DNA of 64,000 bases from Actinomycetes bacterium (GTDB taxonomy: Bacteria; Actinomycetota; Actinomycetes; S36-B12): contig OZ257128.1 in NCBI GenBank assembly GCA_965278945.1, positions 2,386,623-2,450,622 of the forward strand. Direction: 5' to 3'. The stretch's first letter is position 1. The number at the start of each line of letters is the position of its first letter. Positions 58,418-64,000 of this stretch are shown piece after piece. The position numbers and the translations under genes were made by a program. The notes under the pieces were generated by a model. It did not search any database, was not told the origin of the DNA, and saw only the letters and a list, made by a program, of their open reading frames with translations.

Positions 58418-58597
58418 GCGGCCGAGCCTACGCGCCGTATCTGTAACCGGATCGTGACCAAAGTTACTTAGGACACACTGCACCCTCAACGCGGCGGAAC
58501 CGCCAAATCAGGAGCACAATGGTGCGGGCCGCATATAGCGGTTCGCGGCGCGGGAGCGCCGACCAGACTCCGAGACATCCCGGACCAAGGGGAGACC

Positions 58598-60460
58598 GTG
58601 CCCAAGCAGCTCGTCCAACTGAATAGGGTCGTCATTCGCTTCGCCGGGGACTCTGGCGATGGCATGCAGTTGACCGGCGACCGGTTCACCTCCGAGACCG
58701 CGGGACTGGGCAACGACCTGGTGACCCTGCCCGACTTCCCCGCCGAGATCCGCGCACCAGCGGGCACCGTGAACGGCGTATCGGGCTACCAACTGGCGTT
58801 TGCCGATCACGAGATCACCACTCCGGGCGATGCCCCCAACGTGCTGGTCGCGATGAACCCCGCCGCGCTGAAGGCGAACATCAAGGACCTGCCTCGCGGC
58901 GCGGACCTGATCGTCAATACCGACGAGTTCACCAAGCGCGCCTGGGAGAAGGTCGGCTTCGCGGTCAACCCGCTCGAGGACGGCTCCCTTGACGCCTACA
59001 ACGTGCATGCGATCGCCCTCACCTCGCAGACCGTCGAGGCACTGAAGGGCTTCGAGCTGAGCAAGAAGGACGCAGAGCGCTCGAAGAACATGTACGCGCT
59101 GGGTCTGCTGTCGTGGCTGTACTCACGCGGCGCCGAGGGCACCCGTGCGTTCCTGGAGAAGAAGTTCGGGTCCAAGCCCGCGATTCTGGCCGCCAACCTG
59201 GCCGCGTTCGAGGCGGGTTGGTCGTTCGGTGAGACCACGGAGTCGTTCTCGGTGCAGTACGAGGTCGCGCCGGCGAAAATGGCCGCGGGCACGTACCGGA
59301 ACATCTCCGGCAACCCTGCGCTCGCGTACGGATTGGTCGCGGCTGGCGAGTTGTCCGGCATGCCGTTGTTCTTGGGCAGCTACCCGATCACTCCCGCTTC
59401 CGACATCCTCCACGAGCTCAGCAAGCAGAAGAAGTTCGGCGTCGTGACCTTCCAGGCCGAGGACGAGATTGCCGGCATCGCTGCGGCAGTCGGCGCTTCC
59501 TACGGCGGTGCGCTCGGCCTGACGACGACATCGGGTCCCGGCGTTGCCCTCAAGTCCGAGGCCATCGGCCTGGCGGTCTCGCTGGAACTGCCGCTCCTGA
59601 TCGTCGACGTGCAGCGAGGCGGACCGTCGACCGGACTGCCGACGAAGACCGAGCAGTCGGACCTGCTGCAGGCGATGTTCGGTCGTAACGGCGAGTCACC
59701 CGTGCCGATCATCGCTCCGCAGTCGCCGTCGGACTGCTTCTGGGCGGCCATCGAGGCGGCGCGGATCGCGATCGAGTACCGCACGCCGGTCTTCATCCTC
59801 TCCGACGGCTACATCGCCAACGGGTCCGAGCCCTGGCTCGTGCCCGACGCGTCGGCGCTGCCGAGTATCAACCCGAACTTCGCCACCGCCCCCAACCACA
59901 CGGCGGCCGACGGAACCGAGGAGTTCTGGCCCTATCTTCGCGATCCGGAGACTCTCGCGCGTGCGTGGGCAGTGCCGGGAACGGCCGGGCTCGAGCACCG
60001 CATCGGCGGCCTGGAGAAGTCCGACGGGCCAGGTGCCATCTCCTACGACCCGGAGAACCACGACCGCATGGTGCGACTGCGCCAGGCGAAGATCGACGGC
60101 ATCGCCGACTCGCTCCCGCTGATGGAGGTCGACGACCCCGACGGTGACGCTCGTGTTCTCGTGCTCGGGTGGGGTTCCACCTACGGTCCGATCGGCGCCG
60201 CATGCGAGATCACCCGGCGCACCGGCGCCAAGGTGGCCCAGGCACATCTGCGCCACCTCAACCCCTTCCCGAGGAACCTCGGCGAGGTGCTGCACTCCTA
60301 CGACAAGGTGATCGTCCCGGAGATGAACCTCGGCCAGCTCACGATGCTGCTGCGCGCGAAATACCTCGTGGACATCGAAGGAATCAATCAAGTACGGGGC
60401 ATGCCATTCAAGTCCACCGAACTGGTGGCCGCCATCTCCACTGCACTCGAAAGCCTGTGA
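58598..60460 (+). CDS. korA: 2-oxoglutarate/2-oxoacid:ferredoxin oxidoreductase subunit alpha
   Basis: GTG 58598 with AAGGGGAG upstream; VVIRFAGDSGDGMQLTGDRFT, GSYPITPASDILHEL. Confidence 0.92.
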   Translation: MPKQLVQLNRVVIRFAGDSGDGMQLTGDRFTSETAGLGNDLVTLPDFPAEIRAPAGTVNGVSGYQLAFADHEITTPGDAPNVLVAMNPAALKANIKDLPRGADLIVNTDEFTKRAWEKVGFAVNPLEDGSLDAYNVHAIALTSQTVEALKGFELSKKDAERSKNMYALGLLSWLYSRGAEGTRAFLEKKFGSKPAILAANLAAFEAGWSFGETTESFSVQYEVAPAKMAAGTYRNISGNPALAYGLVAAGELSGMPLFLGSYPITPASDILHELSKQKKFGVVTFQAEDEIAGIAAAVGASYGGALGLTTTSGPGVALKSEAIGLAVSLELPLLIVDVQRGGPSTGLPTKTEQSDLLQAMFGRNGESPVPIIAPQSPSDCFWAAIEAARIAIEYRTPVFILSDGYIANGSEPWLVPDASALPSINPNFATAPNHTAADGTEEFWPYLRDPETLARAWAVPGTAGLEHRIGGLEKSDGPGAISYDPENHDRMVRLRQAKIDGIADSLPLMEVDDPDGDARVLVLGWGSTYGPIGAACEITRRTGAKVAQAHLRHLNPFPRNLGEVLHSYDKVIVPEMNLGQLTMLLRAKYLVDIEGINQVRGMPFKSTELVAAISTALESL

Positions 60461-60467
60461 GGCTGAC

Positions 60468-61529
60468 ATGACCGATCTGCTTACGTCCCTGCCGTCTTTG
60501 ACCCTGGTCCCCAAGGCCGACGGTCCGCAGAGCGCCAAGGACTTCAAGTCCGACCAGGAGGTCCGCTGGTGCCCCGGGTGCGGTGACTACGCGATCCTCT
60601 CCGCCGTACAGAGCTTCCTTCCCGAGCTCGGACTGAAGCGCGAGAACATCGTGTTCGTCTCCGGCATCGGCTGCTCGTCACGCTTCCCGTACTACATGAA
60701 CACGTACGGCATGCACTCGATCCACGGTCGCGCGCCGGCCATCGCCACCGGCCTCGCCGTCACTCGCCCTGACCTGTCGGTGTGGGTCATCACCGGAGAC
60801 GGCGACTCGCTGTCTATCGGCGGCAACCACCTCATTCATGCGCTGCGCCGCAACGTCAACCTCAAGATCCTGATGTTCAACAACCGGATCTACGGCCTGA
60901 CCAAGGGCCAGTACTCCCCCACCTCCGAGCAGGGCAAGATCACGAAGTCGACCCCGCAGGGATCACTGGACTACTCGTTCAATCCGGTGTCCCTCGCGCT
61001 GGGCGCCGAGGCGACATTCGTCGCCCGCACCATCGACTCGGACCGCAAGCACTTGACCGAGGTCCTGCGCCAGGCCGCCTCGCATGAGGGCACCGCGCTC
61101 ATCGAGATCTACCAGAACTGCAACATCTTCAATGACGGCGCCTTCGAGCCGCTGAAGGACAGCGACACCCGCGACGACGTCATGATCCGGCTGCAGCACG
61201 GGGAGCCGATCCGCTTCGGTCGCGACAACGAGAAGGGCGTCATACGCAGGCCAGACGGCCACATCACCGTTGCCGAGGTTGCCGAGGTCGGCGAGGACGC
61301 GATCATTCGACACGACGCACACGCCAAGGATCCGGGCCTGGCCTTCGCGCTGTCGCGCCTGGCGAACCCACGCACCCTGATGAACACCCCGATCGGCGTG
61401 TTCCGAGACATCGAGCGTCCGTCCTACGACCGACTCGTCCGCGAGCAGGTCGCCGAGGTCTCCGCGCGCGAGGGTGCTGGAGATCTGCAGTCGCTGCTCA
61501 CGGGCAGCGACACCTGGAACGTGTCCTGA
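60468..61529 (+). CDS. korB: 2-oxoglutarate/2-oxoacid:ferredoxin oxidoreductase subunit beta (TPP-binding)
   Basis: WCPGCGDYAIL, GIGCSSRFPYY, GDGDSLSIGGNHLIHALRRN (TPP motif). Confidence 0.92.
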   Translation: MTDLLTSLPSLTLVPKADGPQSAKDFKSDQEVRWCPGCGDYAILSAVQSFLPELGLKRENIVFVSGIGCSSRFPYYMNTYGMHSIHGRAPAIATGLAVTRPDLSVWVITGDGDSLSIGGNHLIHALRRNVNLKILMFNNRIYGLTKGQYSPTSEQGKITKSTPQGSLDYSFNPVSLALGAEATFVARTIDSDRKHLTEVLRQAASHEGTALIEIYQNCNIFNDGAFEPLKDSDTRDDVMIRLQHGEPIRFGRDNEKGVIRRPDGHITVAEVAEVGEDAIIRHDAHAKDPGLAFALSRLANPRTLMNTPIGVFRDIERPSYDRLVREQVAEVSAREGAGDLQSLLTGSDTWNVS

Positions 61530-61606
61530 CGCTTCGCATCCGCCTGCCGCAGTCCCAGGCCGGGATTGGTGCGGCGCTCGGCCTGTTCGCGTACGGCTTC
61601 TGGGGA

Positions 61607-62470
61607 TTGCTGCCGCTCTACTACCACCTGTTCAACGACGACGTCTCTGCGCTCGACCTCGTCGCGAATCGGATCATCTGGGCGACGGGCTTTCTCCTCC
61701 TGCTGACCACGGTCACCCGCACCTGGAAGCGCACCATCAGTACAGCGCGTTCAGCCCGGAACCTGGCGATGCTGTCCGTCGCGGCAGTTCTCCTGGGGGT
61801 GAACTGGAGCGTCTACATGTACGCGATCGAGAGCAACCAGCTCGTCGAAGCCTCGCTCGGGTACTTCATCAATCCGCTGTTCTCCGTCGCCCTCGGCGTC
61901 GTGGTCCTTCGAGAGCGACTGCGCATCGGGCAGTGGGTCGCAGTCGGTGTGGCCGCGCTTGCGGTGCTCGTCCTGACGGTGAGCTACGGCCGGCCGCCGT
62001 GGATCAGCCTGCTGCTCGCCGGCACATTCGCGGTGTACGGGCTGGTGAAGAAGCAACTGGGTGTCGGCGCGGTCCAGTCGCTGACCATCGAGACGGCGAT
62101 CCTCGCGCCAGCAGCAGTGTTGGCTCTCGTCGGGGTATCGGTCGCGACGACGTCGTCGGTGATCGACCACTCCCCGCTGACACTGATCCTCTTGATCGGC
62201 CTGGGACCGGTCACTGCGCTGCCGTTGCTGGCCTTCACCGGGGCCGCAACGCGGATTCCGCTGTCGACGCTCGGCCTCATGCAGTACCTGTGCCCGGTGA
62301 TGCTCTTCCTGCTCGGGGTCTTCGTCTTCGGCGAGCAGATGTCCACGAGCAGGTGGATCGGATTCCTGCTGGTGTGGATCTCCCTGTCGATCATGACGGT
62401 CGACGGCCTGCGCAACGCGCGCACAAATCGCAATGCTGCAGACGACCTCGAGCTCAGCGAGCCTGCGTAG
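61607..62470 (+). CDS. rarD: EamA/RarD family transporter (N-terminus probably begins upstream of the first canonical start)
   Basis: LLPLYYHLF..., YMYAIESNQLVEASLGYFINPLFSV, QYLCPVMLFLLGVFVFGE. The in-frame upstream sequence GIGAALGLFAYGFWG continues TM1 but contains no ATG/GTG/TTG. Confidence 0.8.
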   Translation: MLPLYYHLFNDDVSALDLVANRIIWATGFLLLLTTVTRTWKRTISTARSARNLAMLSVAAVLLGVNWSVYMYAIESNQLVEASLGYFINPLFSVALGVVVLRERLRIGQWVAVGVAALAVLVLTVSYGRPPWISLLLAGTFAVYGLVKKQLGVGAVQSLTIETAILAPAAVLALVGVSVATTSSVIDHSPLTLILLIGLGPVTALPLLAFTGAATRIPLSTLGLMQYLCPVMLFLLGVFVFGEQMSTSRWIGFLLVWISLSIMTVDGLRNARTNRNAADDLELSEPA

Positions 62471-63659
62471 CCTCGACGGCCACGGCGTCCTCTGGAACCG
62501 GCCGCAGGACGACAAGAAGCAGCGAAACCCCGATCAGCGCGGGAACCAGAAGGAACGCCTGATGCACGGGCATGGACTCGGCGAGTCCTCCGAGGACGAA
62601 TGGCGCAATCCCAATGGCGGCGGTAGTGAACGCGAGTGCCAGACTCGAGGCGCGGTCGGGTCGGCCGCCCGCAGCCCTGATGATCCGCGACATGCTCAGC
62701 GGCCAACTGAGCGACAGAGCGATGCCGGTCGCGAAGAAGGCGACGAGGATCATCCAAGTTTCAGTCGACAGCCACATCGCGAAGAAGACGAGCAGGCCGG
62801 CCATCAACGACGTCCGAAGTAGTCGCTCCGACGAGATTCGTCGCGCAAGGCTTGACCCGAATGCGCGTCCGACGAAGACTCCACCCAGGAATGCCCCGAG
62901 GCCTGCGGCTGAGGCCGCATCGCTCATCCCGGTGCGTTCTTGAATGAGGGTTGCGCCCCACAACGAGATCGAGAACTCGGCGCCTATGTACGCCGTACCT
63001 GCGAGAAGCGCCCAATAGGTAAGCGGTGGCAACGGGCCCGAGGCATGTCGCGACGGAACCTGGCCTGCCTCTCCGTAGACAGCCAGGCGCCTGCCACGAG
63101 CCACCTCGATCAAGACGAATGCGACGACCCCGATCACCATGCCGGCCCGCCAGCCGAGGACGGTCGACGCCGCTAGGCCGATCGCGAGTGGCGCGAGCAG
63201 TCCCATGAGCGCGGCCAAACCAGTGCTCTCCGTGAACGCGGCGGGGGCGGCCGGCCCCTGGTGGGTGGCGAGGAACGCATTGACGCACACGACGATGAGG
63301 TTCCCGAACAAGGTCGCGAAGAAGACGGCGGTCAGCGTCCACACCGGGACAGGGACCGGGGCGAGAAAGAGGAGGATGCACAACGCCGCGCCGAGCACCC
63401 CGGCTCGCATGACATGACCGCGACCGAATCGCTGAACCAGCGTCGGAGCGAGCAACGCCCCTACGACTCCGCCGGCCGCCAGGGTCGTCCCGTGGAACCC
63501 CTGGACCCAGGCCGGGCTGTCCTGCTCATCGCGCAGGAACACCAGGACGGCCCCGAGCCCGTAGACGAACCACGACCAGGCGGCCATGGATGAGTAGCTG
63601 ACCAAGGTGGGCCGGTCACGCACCACCGTGACTGGGGCGTGTACGGCTGGGCTCACCAC
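62454..63659 (-). CDS. MFS transporter (12-TMS type)
   Basis: 401 aa, hydrophobic throughout, ~12 predicted TM segments. GTG start. 17-nt convergent overlap with rarD. Confidence 0.75.
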   Translation of the reverse strand: MVSPAVHAPVTVVRDRPTLVSYSSMAAWSWFVYGLGAVLVFLRDEQDSPAWVQGFHGTTLAAGGVVGALLAPTLVQRFGRGHVMRAGVLGAALCILLFLAPVPVPVWTLTAVFFATLFGNLIVVCVNAFLATHQGPAAPAAFTESTGLAALMGLLAPLAIGLAASTVLGWRAGMVIGVVAFVLIEVARGRRLAVYGEAGQVPSRHASGPLPPLTYWALLAGTAYIGAEFSISLWGATLIQERTGMSDAASAAGLGAFLGGVFVGRAFGSSLARRISSERLLRTSLMAGLLVFFAMWLSTETWMILVAFFATGIALSLSWPLSMSRIIRAAGGRPDRASSLALAFTTAAIGIAPFVLGGLAESMPVHQAFLLVPALIGVSLLLVVLRPVPEDAVAVEATQAR

Positions 63660-63725
63660 CCGACCCTAGCCGGGTATGCGGTGGCAATTCTCGATTTGTG
63701 TAGATGACTCGCGGATTGGGTCGGG

Positions 63726-64000
63726 TCAGGTGTGCGAGGCGACCGTGGAGACAAGGAAGTCACGGACCTGCGCGGTGGTCGCCGTGCCATCAAGATCCCC
63801 CGTGCGCGTTGCCGGATCGGCCAAGGACTCCGCCACCGCTCGCATGACCAGGTCGGCCGCATCGGAATGCCCGAGGTGCTCGAGCATCAGGGCACCGGAC
63901 CAGACCGCAGCTATCGGGTTGGCGATGCCCTGGCCCGCGATGAGCGGCGCCGAACCGTGAACGGGCTCGAACATTGACGGATGCAGTCGCTCGGGGTTCA
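63726..64000 (-). CDS. leuB: 3-isopropylmalate dehydrogenase family protein, C-terminal part only (gene continues beyond the window)
   Basis: [34 protein letters not shown] is the conserved motif of beta-decarboxylating dehydrogenases (LeuB/tartrate dehydrogenase). Truncated by the window edge. Confidence 0.7.
   Translation of the reverse strand, partial: NPERLHPSMFEPVHGSAPLIAGQGIANPIAAVWSGALMLEHLGHSDAADLVMRAVAESLADPATRTGDLDGTATTAQVRDFLVSTVASHT

Overview
High-GC (about 65-70% by eye) actinobacterial chromosome segment; the phylum call and a possible Propionibacteriales/Nocardioidaceae-like origin are guesses from protein sequences. It carries almost the whole transcription/translation supercluster on the minus strand. 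Read from high to low coordinates the order is: tRNA-Tyr, tRNA-Thr, tRNA-Met, rpmG-hadA-hadB-(GT-like)-murB, tRNA-Trp-secE-nusG-rplK-rplA, rplJ-rplL, rpoB-rpoC, rpsL-rpsG-fusA-tuf, the S10 operon (rpsJ to rpsQ), the spc operon (rplN to rplO, then secY-adk-map), infA-rpmJ, the alpha operon (rpsM-rpsK-rpsD-rpoA-rplQ), truA, and an ABC-F ATPase. The conserved backbone is interrupted by several accessory inserts. (1) A secreted EEP-family hydrolase lies between map and infA. (2) A K-channel-like gene with a degenerate selectivity filter, plus a DUF4190 membrane protein, lies between rpoC and rpsL. (3) A MarR/DHA2-MFS efflux pair lies between rpoB and rplL. (4) An ~8.4-kb island between rplA and rplJ holds an IS30-family element inserted 213 bp upstream of rplJ, a secreted alpha/beta-hydrolase, and a LIV-type ABC importer whose LivM permease carries a 4 x 54-bp in-frame tandem repeat. 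The right-hand third holds aspC, an SDR, a trimethylamine-dehydrogenase-family flavoprotein lacking two key cysteines, yajQ, korAB, rarD, an MFS transporter and a partial leuB-like gene. The most unusual item there is an orphan, translationally coupled NuoB/NuoC/NuoI-like Fe-S trio with no NuoD or membrane partners, divergent from korAB. Two long palindromic hairpins at opposite ends of the window share a 13-nt core. I saw no rRNA, CRISPR array, prophage or recognisable defence genes. All product calls come from motif and sequence recognition and synteny only; no database search was possible. Most long plus-strand ORFs in the track are GC-driven antisense artefacts.
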